From: Octopus vulgaris | Taxonomy: Eukaryota | Direction of reading: 5' to 3' | DNA length: 64,000 nucleotides | Assembly: GCA_951406725.2 (NCBI GenBank) | Contig: OX597824.1 | Location: 36,146,001-36,210,000 of the forward strand | Shown here: positions 63,001 to 64,000 of the stretch, one piece after another | Position numbering within the stretch: the first letter of the stretch is position 1 | Layout of the letters: each line of letters begins with the position of its first letter | Translations under genes and position numbers: made by a program | Notes under the pieces: model-generated | Database searches by the model: none | What the model saw: only the letters and a program-made list of their open reading frames with translations | What the model was told of the DNA's origin: nothing

Positions 63001-64000
63001 CATTATTATGTTGGCAAGTTAAAATAACTATCCAGTACTGTTACTATTTAGATTCCAAATTGGCTATTTAAATCTAACCAAGATCTACAGGATTCCCGTT
63101 AAAGCTGTAATGAACAAGAAAAAGAAGATAAAATACTATAAATAGACAACCAATCACATTGCAGCTTTGTAATGAAGTGTGTTAATAGTAGCCTACTTAG
63201 CTGTTGTTTATTTTTGTTTCTTATAAAATAACAAAAGAACGATTCTTTTGCAATGAAATGAGTGCATAATGAACCCAGAACAAAAAAGGCCAAGACTCTT
63301 TACAGTTGAGGAAATCATTGATGATATTTACTCTTAAGATGAATAACTTATCCTTATGCAGACAATAAGAGTGATGTGGACATCAAACTGGTTAAAGAGA
63401 TGAGGAAAGTAGCAATTCAGGCAAACAAATATGTTAGTTGAGAGACAGACTTATAGTTGTTATTCTCCTGAATTTTTAACCATTTTATCCGTTTGTTTGC
63501 CATCTATCATTATTCTTGAGCTGTGTACGCAACTATTTATTTTGTTTGACTCAGGAGACCAAGTGGAGGGTTAAGTTAGACAAAAGGGCACAGATCTGAG
63601 AGAGTTAATGTGAGATGGATACAATTCATATTTAAACTACAACCAGCCATCACTTGTGGCTTGGTAAGTTGCACCATGCTTTCTCTAATTGATTCAGGGA
63701 CCTCTATAGTCATTGGTAGACATAGACGCCCTCCCAATTTTCTTACAGTTGACCCTGTGAAATATTCAGAAGGTGACACCTGGAATGAGAGAAAGGGCTG
63801 CACTGGTATCCAGTTCATATTCTTTATAGATATTTATATTGGTGGATCATGAAATGAAACACCTTGCTCAAAAGGATGCAATTCATTGTTAAGTCTAAGA
63901 ATTTACCAGTAATTTTAAGAAGAAGGAATTCGTTTTTGTTTAAAATATTTTATTTCAGTAGTTTTTTTTGTGTAAATGAAATAATTATTTATTGTAAATG

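Overview
AT-rich, repeat-dense animal genomic DNA; the SINE families and microsatellites suggest an octopus or related cephalopod (inference). One clear host gene is present: a spliced carboxypeptidase Q (CPQ, M28 family) on the + strand, with 8 coding exons traced from 40074 to 62116 and the gene continuing past the window. A CpG-rich, possibly bidirectional promoter lies at about 20.4-24 kb. The rest is transposon-derived: Chapaev3, Helitrons, RTE, Tc1, mariner, MITEs, SINEs and several Penelope-like element (PLE) lineages. The highlight is a very young 8.1-kb PLE insertion in a CPQ intron (48080-56178). It has two ORFs: a coiled-coil/low-complexity ORF1 joined to the RT + GIY-YIG ORF by a U_UUU_UUA -1 slippery site in a short overlap. 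It also carries variant-core hammerhead motifs, a duplicated E-box/CCAAT/E2F module and (TA)n flanks at both ends, and its tandem-plus-inverted structure creates a ~1.7-kb-arm palindrome. All calls were made by eye; no searches were run.
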